In this document: one piece after another, positions 1 to 9,650 of the stretch
Numbering within the stretch: position 1 is the stretch's first letter
Layout of the letters: every line of letters starts with the position of its first letter
Origin: Candidatus Poseidoniaceae archaeon
GTDB lineage: Archaea > Thermoplasmatota > Poseidoniia > Poseidoniales > Poseidoniaceae
NCBI GenBank assembly: GCA_949538025.1
Contig: CATISI010000088.1
Location: 1-38,929, forward strand
Direction: 5' to 3'
Length of the DNA: 38,929 bases
Program-made: the position numbers and the translations under genes
Notes under the pieces: model-generated
What the model was told of the DNA's origin: nothing
The model's database searches: none
The model's input: only the letters and a program-made list of their open reading frames with translations

Positions 1-43
1 GCTCCAGCCTTGCTGCTGTCGAGCAATCCTCTGAGGGAAAAAA

Positions 44-3000
44 ATGGAAAAGGTATCAAAGACCTCGCAACGCCCTGTTTTGAGTTGGCTTATTGCCCCT
101 CTAGCAGTGCTGATTGCAATACTAGCAAACTACGTCGACGGACTCATGTCCATCGATGTTGAATTAAACAACGATGCGATGATGCCAGTCATCATCACCG
201 GAGTCGCCGGTCTCTTGGCCGTCACTCCTCGCATCCTCCGTCAACTAGGATCTCTACCAGAGTCGATTTCTCAAACACAAATCTCCCTCGCTATGTTTGT
301 TATCGCTCTTGTTGGTGCCGGAGTTGCAGAGTCCCAAACCGACGGATTTGTTGGTTTCACGTTCTTGGCGGTACTCTTCGGTGGGTATCTACTCGACACT
401 CGTGAGCGATACGAGTGGACGACTATGCTTGTCTTCGCTGGTGTCGGCGTGCATTCGGCATTCGATATTGCAGCAGCGGCTGCTGTGGATGGATATCTTC
501 CAAACACATACGAGTTCACCGGCGGACAATCTTACGATGTCTCGACGTTCCAAGAAACTGCTCTTGGCTTCGTCTTCTTCACATGGTTTACGGTCTTCCC
601 GATTATCGGTCTTCTCGTTGGTGTAGCTGGTCGTGGTGTTCTCAATCCAGCAGGCGACAAGGGATGGTTTTCCTACAATACAGTCGAATCAGGTTGGAAT
701 CGTCAAGCACTACCACTGCAAATCGCCCTTTTTGTTTGGGCAGCAGCCCACTTGGCCACCATCTGGCATTTCGATCAAGGAAGCATCGCAGATCGCCTAC
801 GCCTTGGTGGTCTGGGTGGCGTTGAAGCAAACGGCTTCGTCGGCTATTACTCGGCCCTTCTGACGGGAATCGTCGCAATCATTGTTTCAGGGATGGTTGC
901 AGAGCGTTGGTACACTCGAGCCATGACACTGAGCTCCCTGTGGGTTCTTTTCCAAATCGGTTCTTGGCTGGAAGCAGGATTTTGGACCAACGAAACCTTC
1001 GAAGAATCTTGGGCTCCTCTGATTTGGCTTGCTATCACGTTCTTCGTTGGTGTCGCTATCTCACTGATTGGAAACCACGAAAAATACGGTGGCTGGTCCA
1101 ACCGTGAGTCACATCGCCCAAGCGGTGCACGTCAATTTTGGAACGCCCATTGGGCCAGTCTATTGACCGTCGTCGCCTTCCTTGTCGGTCTCGTCATTCG
1201 TATTCAGTGGTATGCAGTCCCATCAATGCACGCTCTTGGTACCGACGGATTCGACATGACTGGCGGTTCTGACCCATGGTACATGAAGCGAGTTGTCGAC
1301 TATATTCTCGCTCAGAACGCTCACCTTGTCGTTGATGCAGACCGATTCTACCCAATCGGCGGTATCAATCCACGTCCTCCATTGTTCTCATGGAGTCTAG
1401 CAATAGGGGCCATGGTTTTGCAACCATTCCTCGGCGAGGATGCAGTCTGGTGGAGCATGCTTGCTCTCCCTGCTATCTACGGTGCATTGACCATTCTACC
1501 AGTTGCTGCAATCGCACGAGACCACTTCGGTAAAGCTGCAGGTGTCATCGCTGCTTGGCTGATTGCCTTCATGCCTGCCCACGTCACACACTCGACATGG
1601 GGATTGGCGGACCACGATTCATTCGTTATGTTGTTCATCGCCATTGGATTCATGTTTTACCTACGTGCTGTCAAGTACGCTGGTTCGGAACGTCTTGTCC
1701 GAGCCACATCGATCCGTCCATTCGATATGCTTCGAGCGATGGGTGCGGTTGCACAAGAGCGACAGTATGCAATGGCTAATGCAGTTCTTGCAGGTGTCGC
1801 ATTCGGTGCTGCAAGCCTTGGTTGGAAGGGATTCGTTGTCGGTCCTGCAATTTTGTTCCTTGCATACGCTGCGCAGGTCGCCCTCAACATGTTCCGACGA
1901 CGTGACTCGACAATTTTGAGCACGCTGTTCCTTACCATGCTCCTTACCAATCTCTTGATTGCGTTACCGTTCTACGCACACCCACAGATGAACCTCATGT
2001 TGGATGGAAGCGGTCTTCAACCGTTCCTGTTCATTCTGCTGTTCACCATTGTCATGATGTACATCACAACCGGATTCCGTGACAAACCATGGCTCCTCGT
2101 TCTGGGTACGCTTGCAGTCGGTGCTGTTGCTTTCCTTGGTGCTCTATGGGTTCTCAAGTACTTCAATCTCAGCAACGCATGGGATGTCTTATTCACTGGT
2201 GGTGGATACTTCACGAAGACGAAGATTTTCGGAACGGTTGCTGAAGCAAACGCTCCTGACCGCGGTTACATGTTCGCAAGTTTCGGACCAATCGTATTTG
2301 TCTTTGCTCTCGTAGTGGGCCTCACATCGCTGTGGCGAACCTTCAGCAAGCGAAGCCAAATTTCCTTGGTCTTTGCCGTTTGGATTTTCGCAGCATCGTA
2401 CATGTCCTGGACCGCAGCTCGTTTCCTCTTCAACGCAACACCTGTCGTTGCCATCATGGGCGCCGCAGGAATAGTTGGTTTCTGGAAGTGGGCTGACTGG
2501 GATAGTCTCGTACGTACCTGGCGAAGAGCAGGTATCCGAACACCATCTGAGCGAATTGCTGGTGCGCGACGAGCCGTGTGGCGAACACCATCGTTCTCCG
2601 CAGTTGTTCTTGTCCTCATCATGCTCTCTGGCCAGCAACTTACCTACGGTTTGGATTCAGCGATTCCAAGCAACTCTCCAGCAGAAGGCGACTTGGATGA
2701 ATCGTTCTACTACTCAGTACCTGACATCATGCGTTGGGATGGCCTCGGTGTTTCTGTCCTCGATAGTCGAGACTACGAAGCCTTTGGCGGTCGTGCCTAC
2801 ATGGGGTCGTTTGGAAGTGGTTTCAATGGCCAATACTGGAACGATGCCCATGAGTGGCTCGCCAATCAAGACAAGTATCACGAGGGCGTCTCAACGAAAG
2901 ACGATTGTGATACCCACAATGGTATCTGGATCAGCGATTCAGGCCTTTGTGAGATGAAATTCGGTGATAAACCAGCGTTCGTTTCATGGTGGGACTACGG

Positions 3001-6000
3001 TTTCCAAGCATTGAACACAGGTGAACACCCATCTGTTTCTGACAACTTCCAGACAGGTATTCCCACTTCAGGTAACATGCTTCTTGCTCGTAGTCAAATC
3101 GACTTGGTCGCTATGTTCATCCAACATCTTGCTGTTGCAGACATCACCTACAACGTTGGTAAGTCGGGTGACAAAGCCTTCACTCCAGCGTTCGAATCCG
3201 CGCTCAAGAACGGACTCGAGAATGCTGAACAAATCGAAGAACTTGAACTCGTCATGCTGCAAGACGGCATGGATTTCGATGACATGATAGAAGTTCTAAC
3301 CGATCGCAGCTTCGAGGCGTTCAAGAACAAGGGGGACACCTACATGACACGTGGGTACCCTCTCGATGCGAACGGCATTCCTGACAAGAGCATCGGTCTG
3401 CATTACCGTGTGTGGTCCGATGGTGAATTGATACCTTGTGACAATCCAAGCACAGAATTCTGTTTCAATGGAGATTACGTCTCTGAAGATTCAGCCAACA
3501 GCACCTTCCGAAACAACGCTGACGTCAGCTCGACTGAAGTCTCCGATGTCACACATTACACGTTCGGTGACTATTGGTACACCGCTGACTTGGTGGAAGA
3601 ATACGATTCCGTTTCGACAAGCATCCATCGTCAGAACGCATTGATCGCTCTTGTTGTTCAACTTCTGACCAAAGGTCTTGATGAGAGCCAAGTGGTTGAC
3701 CTTTATCACGATATCATTGGACTGGAATTCAACTACGAAGTTCAAGACTACAACGGCGCTCCTGGAGAGACCATCGAGCGTGACCACGAAATCCGTTACT
3801 TTGCCATTGATGACAAGCTCTATCCACGTGCAGGCCGCTATAATTCAGAAGCCGGTTACAACGGTGGACGACCGCTTGGTATCTTTGGTGCCCCAACCAT
3901 CCTATCCGGACAAGATTACAACACCTTTACCGACGAAGTGTATGAAACCAAGCGTGGAGACCAACCAGTACGTGAAATGGATCGAGAAGCTGTTGACGAA
4001 GCCATGCTCAAAGATGTCTTAGATCAACAATCCGGTGCTGATATCGAGCCATTGACTGTTCAAGATATTCGTGTTGACCACCTCCCCGAATTCTTTGACA
4101 CGATGTTGGCTCGTTCCTATGTCGGATACGGTGCATCAACGCTCGGAGCAGATGCTGGTTCAACCAACCCACAGCCTCGTCAGCAGTTGAGTGAAAGTTC
4201 ACGTGGAACCTCGTTTTTGCAGCAAGCCTACCCTTTGCCGGGTGCCATGATGAATCACTTCGTTATAGCCAACTGGTACGACCCTGAGACACCTGCAATT
4301 TTAGCCAACGCCAACGTCAAGGTCATGAAATACTACTCCGGTGCTGAAATTTCTGGTACCGTGATGACAGAGGACGATGGCTTAGGTCTACCAAATGCTC
4401 GAATTCTCATCGAACGTGATGCATTCTCCGGAGAGGGTGCAGAAGATCTTGATGAGGACACCTACTGGATCCCAATCGGTGTTACTGACGCTGATGAGAA
4501 CGGTGACTGGAGTTTCCTCGCACCTGCAGGAAAGATTCGTGTATCTGCTTTCGCAGGAGTTTATGATGATACGTTAGTTCTTCAAGACATCCAAAGTGGT
4601 GAGTTCGTTGATGGATTTGGCGACGTACTTACAGAGACTAACGATGATCGTGAAGTCTACGCCATTACCGCCATTCTCGGTGAAGTCGCAAACATGACGT
4701 GGTTGGGTGAAACCACCATCAACGTCACAGGTGCGCAAGCAGACCGAGACCCGAACGCCCCAGCAACTGCAGACATGGATATCGAAGTCCAGAGTACGGG
4801 CGTATCAGGAACAGTCACATGGTCTGGATACGGTGATTTCGACGGAGAGCCACTTGTCGAAACAGATTTCATTCTGCGAAACATCTGGGCAATGACCGAG
4901 AACTACACAATGACCACAACCAATGGTTCGTTCGAGACCGATGAAACTCGCGTTCTACAAGGAACGGGTGAGGTCACCTTCTCCGATGTTGGAACATTTA
5001 CCAGCGAAGGTGTGGCACTCGCTTACGATTTCACTGGAAACTTCACTCGAGAGATTTCCGATGCCCGTGTCTTCGCTGGAAACGGAACTTGGATCGGTAA
5101 GGGAACGATTGAAGCAACCTGGATTGAGCACGACAATGCATCACTCGATTGTGGTGAAAACAACACTATGCCAGAAAATGCGACATTGTGTTTGATTTCT
5201 GAAGGAACTGATTTCTCGACGTACCTCTTGGATGGAGAAGTTATGGCCAGTGGACGTTTGACTTCCGATGGTGTTAGCACGCTGATGAAGGAACTCGACG
5301 GTGAGACTTTTGAGGGCACTGGTATCTTCGAAGGTGTTGGAACGCTCAATGGAACTGGACTGTTCATTGGTCCAGGTACCTTCAGCGGTGATATCGTCAA
5401 CCCAGGTTCCTTCTACCAAACTGGTCTTGTTCCGGGCGTATACAACATGATTGCATTGATGCCAAATGGTAGAGAGATTCTCCTACCTGATCCTGTTGAG
5501 GTTGGCATTGAACCAAGTTTCGATTTGGCAATGACTCTGCCGGCCTCGTTGTTTGCAGATCAACTGACAACAATGTCAGGTGAAGCGATTCCGAACCAAG
5601 ATGTGCAACTCATCGATGTTGCTCTTGGCGAAGACGAAATGGTCACCATCACATCCGATGATGAAGGAAACGTCTCATACGGGCCGATTACAGCTGGCGA
5701 ATACTACGTTCGAGTTGATCTCGACGACGATGGATTCTACGAACTCAACCAGACTCTGCAGGTCTTCGATGAGCCAATGAACTTCACCTTTGACACAGGC
5801 GTGCCGGAAATGTACGATCTAACAATCACATTGAACGGCCCAGAAGGATTCGATGTTTCAGGTCTAGAAGTCAACTTCACCGACCCACTCGGATTGTTAC
5901 CAATCAGTGTTGTTTCCGATGAGAACGGTGTTGTTTACGTCGAACTTCCTGTCGGTGAATGGTCCGCAAGTGACAACAGCGATGAGGACTACATCCTGAT

Positions 6001-9000
6001 TGAAGAAATTAAGGTCGAGGATTCAGACTTGACATTGGACTTCACATACTCGACCTCGGTTTGGGTCAACGGTTCTATTGACGCTCCGAACACAGCTGGA
6101 TTTACCTACGAGGAGTGGCTTGCACTCGCTGCAGAAGAGAAACTGTACGAGAATGCAAGTTCAGTTCCAGTTACCTTCCACGGTAACGGACTGGAATTTA
6201 CCACGATTACGGATCAATTCGGTGAGTTCAGTCAGCGCTTACCTGCTGATATGACCTTCAACCTCAATGCGCAAAGTTCCGTATCGAGCTTCGCCGTTGG
6301 CTCTTCTGTCGTTGTATCCGAAGGAATGGCTGATTTAGATGCCTTAATTCTCGAGCCAACCGTGGACGCTGTAGGTGCAATTTATCTGTTCAACAACGAG
6401 ACAAGTTGGAATCAAGATATTCCGAACTACGAGCCTGTTGAAATTCATGCAGAAGGTGAAGATGGTGTCGTATGGACAACGACATCCGATGGAGATGGTC
6501 TGTTCAACATGCAATTGCTCAATGGAACTTGGACCTTCAGTATTCCTGCTGCGGAGTACAATGCAGCATCCGTTTCGGATTACATCGTCAACGTTCAAGA
6601 TGGCATGAACCCAGAACCTGTGAGTTTGATTACAAACCCTGCAAACAGTACTGTGACTCTCAACGTCTTCACCGATTTGGGAGATGGTGTCTTTGAAAAT
6701 GGAACGGCTGTCCGCCCTGATATACAGTTAATTCCTGTATCTGTAGTCGGTGAAGGTGTAAACATCACTTCGGACGACTACAGCGAAGACGGAATTGTTG
6801 AGGTTGTTTTGAGCCCAGGTATCTATGCCATTTCGACCAATAACTTGGACGCATCAGATGAAAACGCAAGTGATGCAAGTCTCGAGGTCAATGCTGTATT
6901 GGACATTATTCCAATCGGTTTGACTGGTCCTGAAGAACCAGTTCTCGTTCCAATCGTTGATGCATGGCGCATGAACGGAACAATCTCATGGGCCAATGGC
7001 TCTGCAATGGTCGAGAACTTCTTGCTCTCCACACCAGATGGTTCAGATTACGTCCCGATCAGTGTTGATGAAAATGGAACCTTCGCAGCCTACGTGCAGA
7101 GCGGTGATTACATTGTCGTGGTTGCACCACTACTCAACGGAGATGGTGTCACAGAATCACTGCGTATGCCAATCACCATTGGAGACGATTCCAGTGTTCG
7201 CACTGAACTCGCACTTTCACTTGTCGAGGCTGTCGAAGTCTCGCTCACCTTGTTGGAAGCGGGTACAGAATCTGAACTCTCTGGAAAGAAGGTTGTCCTC
7301 GTCAGTCATGATGGCTTTGGTAATATCACCATGAATCCATCCGATGCTGATGGAAACGCATCACAATTATTGATGCCAGGAACATGGAGCCTCTACATGA
7401 ACGAGTCCGCAGCACAACGCTACTGGACGCTCGATACATCCGATGCTCCTATCTTGATCGACGCAAACACCTCGCTTGGCGATGTGTATGCAGAATTGGA
7501 AGTTGAAATTGGTGGAAAGGCTTACTGGGATACCGATGAAAATGACATCGCAGATGGCAACGAAGGTGTCGAAGGCGCTGATGTTACCATCCAAGGTGGA
7601 ATCATCGACACGGTCGTGACAACAGACGCTGACGGTGTTTGGCGAATCTATGTCCCAATCCTCGAGAGCTATTCTGTTACCGTCGCAAAGGACGGATTTG
7701 GTGTCGTATCGTACGATGACAATGATACAGGGATGTATGTTGTTGACAATGAACCTGTTTCACAGGATATCGAAATGTCAGCAGCAGAAGTCACCGTAAC
7801 AGGGACCATCACCGATGTTCTTGACGCCTCCCGATTGGATGGTGCAACCATCACACTCTACGGAACCTCAGAGAATCAACAAGATGCTGTTGAAGTTGTT
7901 GGAGTTCTCGTTGATGAGACGCTTTCATTCACAGCAGTTGTTGAACCCGGACAATGGGTTGTCGTTGTTTACGAAGATGATGCACCGTTCAACGGCGGTG
8001 GTGTAGCAGTTGGATTGCTTGAAGCTGAAGTACAGAATGGCGGTTCAATTGAACTTGTTATGAGCAAGGGTGGTTGGGTTGATGTATCAACCGAATTCAC
8101 TTCGTTCAACCTACAGACCTTCAATGCTGGCATGGGCGATGCTTCATCACCTGTTGCAGATGTTGTTGATATCGAAGTTGACCTTGGAGATGGACGTGTT
8201 TGGGCCCTACCGTTGGAATCCGACGGTACACTCGAAGTCCTCCTCCCAGCTGAAGCAGCAACATTCAACTCGGAATTCTCAACCGTTCAGCGCGATTTGA
8301 CCATGAACTACACCGCCGGTGTTTCGATTGACAACGGTGACGAAGGCCGAACCTCGGTCATGCTTTCCTACAACAGAAAAACGAACAGCGACCTAACGCT
8401 CACTGTCGACTCGGTTACAGGAGCCACAGTACTCGGAGATGAAAACCGTGATTTGCTCGCTGTTGTGGACACAAGCGACGACGCCAACTACACGGCCATT
8501 GAGTTCGATGTCCTCGCACAATACGGTGGAACTGAGATTTCAGATCCGTTCGAAGTGACCGGTACAGTAACCGTATCGCCTGACCAAGAAGATTGGTCTG
8601 TTGAATTCTACAACGGTACGGATTGGGTCAGCACATCCAACGTTCAGCTTGGCATTGGTGACGTTGCAGAGAACGCAACGCTCGAAGCTACGCTGCGTGC
8701 ACGAATTGTTCTGCCATCTGTTGAAACGGCATGGTGGCTTGAAAACGGTCATGACATCAACATTCGATTCTCTGCCGACAGTGGAGATATGACGGAAGTT
8801 TCGCTCAATGTCGAAGTCCCTCAAACCTACGGATTCAACACAACGGATGTTACATCCACGGTTGGTGTTGCACCTGGTGGTACTACCACTGCGTCCTTGA
8901 CTATCAACAACAACGGTAACGGTGATGACTCCTTCACGTACGAAGTGCTTGACAACCTGCCAGATGGTTGGACGGTAACTCCAATGAATGGTGTCACCAC

Positions 9001-9595
9001 GATTGCTAAGGACAACATGCGTGACCTTGCATTCTCTATAACCGGTGCGCCTTCCTTCGATGATGGTAAAGTTACTGTCACCGTTCGAATTACAAGCGAG
9101 GATGGTGTGACGCAAGAAGATGTTAAGATAATTGTTGAATCTGCTCGAATCGTGTTGAGCTGGGATCAAGATATCTCCACATCTCGAAGCAATATCTTGG
9201 CAGACGTTGAACCAAACACTCTCGTGATTGTCATCGAGAACAGTGGTCTACGTCCAGCGCAACAAGTGACGATTTACCTTGATAGCAAGGGAATGTCAGA
9301 GATGAACATGACACTCAACGTTCCTGCAGAAGGTTCAACAGACTTCGAATTTGTCTTGCCGAAGGCGAGCCAAGGAATCACTCGATACGACGTACGTGCA
9401 GAAATCCTCGGTGATGATGCCAATTACTCGACCAACAATGTTGATGGGGATTTCCCGATAGAGTATGTGGTGCAGGGTTCGGAAGAGACATCCAACCCGA
9501 TCGTTATCATCGTCATCATTGCTTTGACCTTCACCATTCTGTACTTCGGATTCAAGGCGTCGTCTCGAGTCCGTGGCGCTGGTGGACGATTCTGA
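44..9595 (+). CDS. aglB: Giant archaeal oligosaccharyltransferase (AglB/STT3) with N-terminal extra membrane domain and long extracellular beta-sandwich extension
   Basis: STT3 motifs in order: GSDPWY, PRPPLF, ADHD, TVAE, ARF, SWWDYG (nt 2987-3001), SDNFQ. About 10 hydrophobic segments precede the STT3 core. From ~aa 1430: carboxypeptidase-regulatory-like repeats (e.g. TDADENGDWSF, TTDADGVWRI), a NEW3-like segment (INNNGNGDDSF...LPDGWTV), a CARDB-like segment and a C-terminal TM (IVIIVIIALTFTILYFG). GAGGG upstream of ATG. Confidence 0.93.
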   Translation: MEKVSKTSQRPVLSWLIAPLAVLIAILANYVDGLMSIDVELNNDAMMPVIITGVAGLLAVTPRILRQLGSLPESISQTQISLAMFVIALVGAGVAESQTDGFVGFTFLAVLFGGYLLDTRERYEWTTMLVFAGVGVHSAFDIAAAAAVDGYLPNTYEFTGGQSYDVSTFQETALGFVFFTWFTVFPIIGLLVGVAGRGVLNPAGDKGWFSYNTVESGWNRQALPLQIALFVWAAAHLATIWHFDQGSIADRLRLGGLGGVEANGFVGYYSALLTGIVAIIVSGMVAERWYTRAMTLSSLWVLFQIGSWLEAGFWTNETFEESWAPLIWLAITFFVGVAISLIGNHEKYGGWSNRESHRPSGARQFWNAHWASLLTVVAFLVGLVIRIQWYAVPSMHALGTDGFDMTGGSDPWYMKRVVDYILAQNAHLVVDADRFYPIGGINPRPPLFSWSLAIGAMVLQPFLGEDAVWWSMLALPAIYGALTILPVAAIARDHFGKAAGVIAAWLIAFMPAHVTHSTWGLADHDSFVMLFIAIGFMFYLRAVKYAGSERLVRATSIRPFDMLRAMGAVAQERQYAMANAVLAGVAFGAASLGWKGFVVGPAILFLAYAAQVALNMFRRRDSTILSTLFLTMLLTNLLIALPFYAHPQMNLMLDGSGLQPFLFILLFTIVMMYITTGFRDKPWLLVLGTLAVGAVAFLGALWVLKYFNLSNAWDVLFTGGGYFTKTKIFGTVAEANAPDRGYMFASFGPIVFVFALVVGLTSLWRTFSKRSQISLVFAVWIFAASYMSWTAARFLFNATPVVAIMGAAGIVGFWKWADWDSLVRTWRRAGIRTPSERIAGARRAVWRTPSFSAVVLVLIMLSGQQLTYGLDSAIPSNSPAEGDLDESFYYSVPDIMRWDGLGVSVLDSRDYEAFGGRAYMGSFGSGFNGQYWNDAHEWLANQDKYHEGVSTKDDCDTHNGIWISDSGLCEMKFGDKPAFVSWWDYGFQALNTGEHPSVSDNFQTGIPTSGNMLLARSQIDLVAMFIQHLAVADITYNVGKSGDKAFTPAFESALKNGLENAEQIEELELVMLQDGMDFDDMIEVLTDRSFEAFKNKGDTYMTRGYPLDANGIPDKSIGLHYRVWSDGELIPCDNPSTEFCFNGDYVSEDSANSTFRNNADVSSTEVSDVTHYTFGDYWYTADLVEEYDSVSTSIHRQNALIALVVQLLTKGLDESQVVDLYHDIIGLEFNYEVQDYNGAPGETIERDHEIRYFAIDDKLYPRAGRYNSEAGYNGGRPLGIFGAPTILSGQDYNTFTDEVYETKRGDQPVREMDREAVDEAMLKDVLDQQSGADIEPLTVQDIRVDHLPEFFDTMLARSYVGYGASTLGADAGSTNPQPRQQLSESSRGTSFLQQAYPLPGAMMNHFVIANWYDPETPAILANANVKVMKYYSGAEISGTVMTEDDGLGLPNARILIERDAFSGEGAEDLDEDTYWIPIGVTDADENGDWSFLAPAGKIRVSAFAGVYDDTLVLQDIQSGEFVDGFGDVLTETNDDREVYAITAILGEVANMTWLGETTINVTGAQADRDPNAPATADMDIEVQSTGVSGTVTWSGYGDFDGEPLVETDFILRNIWAMTENYTMTTTNGSFETDETRVLQGTGEVTFSDVGTFTSEGVALAYDFTGNFTREISDARVFAGNGTWIGKGTIEATWIEHDNASLDCGENNTMPENATLCLISEGTDFSTYLLDGEVMASGRLTSDGVSTLMKELDGETFEGTGIFEGVGTLNGTGLFIGPGTFSGDIVNPGSFYQTGLVPGVYNMIALMPNGREILLPDPVEVGIEPSFDLAMTLPASLFADQLTTMSGEAIPNQDVQLIDVALGEDEMVTITSDDEGNVSYGPITAGEYYVRVDLDDDGFYELNQTLQVFDEPMNFTFDTGVPEMYDLTITLNGPEGFDVSGLEVNFTDPLGLLPISVVSDENGVVYVELPVGEWSASDNSDEDYILIEEIKVEDSDLTLDFTYSTSVWVNGSIDAPNTAGFTYEEWLALAAEEKLYENASSVPVTFHGNGLEFTTITDQFGEFSQRLPADMTFNLNAQSSVSSFAVGSSVVVSEGMADLDALILEPTVDAVGAIYLFNNETSWNQDIPNYEPVEIHAEGEDGVVWTTTSDGDGLFNMQLLNGTWTFSIPAAEYNAASVSDYIVNVQDGMNPEPVSLITNPANSTVTLNVFTDLGDGVFENGTAVRPDIQLIPVSVVGEGVNITSDDYSEDGIVEVVLSPGIYAISTNNLDASDENASDASLEVNAVLDIIPIGLTGPEEPVLVPIVDAWRMNGTISWANGSAMVENFLLSTPDGSDYVPISVDENGTFAAYVQSGDYIVVVAPLLNGDGVTESLRMPITIGDDSSVRTELALSLVEAVEVSLTLLEAGTESELSGKKVVLVSHDGFGNITMNPSDADGNASQLLMPGTWSLYMNESAAQRYWTLDTSDAPILIDANTSLGDVYAELEVEIGGKAYWDTDENDIADGNEGVEGADVTIQGGIIDTVVTTDADGVWRIYVPILESYSVTVAKDGFGVVSYDDNDTGMYVVDNEPVSQDIEMSAAEVTVTGTITDVLDASRLDGATITLYGTSENQQDAVEVVGVLVDETLSFTAVVEPGQWVVVVYEDDAPFNGGGVAVGLLEAEVQNGGSIELVMSKGGWVDVSTEFTSFNLQTFNAGMGDASSPVADVVDIEVDLGDGRVWALPLESDGTLEVLLPAEAATFNSEFSTVQRDLTMNYTAGVSIDNGDEGRTSVMLSYNRKTNSDLTLTVDSVTGATVLGDENRDLLAVVDTSDDANYTAIEFDVLAQYGGTEISDPFEVTGTVTVSPDQEDWSVEFYNGTDWVSTSNVQLGIGDVAENATLEATLRARIVLPSVETAWWLENGHDINIRFSADSGDMTEVSLNVEVPQTYGFNTTDVTSTVGVAPGGTTTASLTINNNGNGDDSFTYEVLDNLPDGWTVTPMNGVTTIAKDNMRDLAFSITGAPSFDDGKVTVTVRITSEDGVTQEDVKIIVESARIVLSWDQDISTSRSNILADVEPNTLVIVIENSGLRPAQQVTIYLDSKGMSEMNMTLNVPAEGSTDFEFVLPKASQGITRYDVRAEILGDDANYSTNNVDGDFPIEYVVQGSEETSNPIVIIVIIALTFTILYFGFKASSRVRGAGGRF

Positions 9596-9650
9596 TTCGT
9601 TCGAAGACAAGGCTTGATACACGAGAACCGCCCATTTCAACGGGAGGGGC

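Noticed and set aside
1..43. Possible 3' end of an upstream gene
   Set aside because: Too short to assign a frame or product.
2990..4330. Possible intein explaining the length of AglB
   Set aside because: No LAGLIDADG or HN-C/S/T splice motifs seen; the extra sequence looks like extracellular insert domains.
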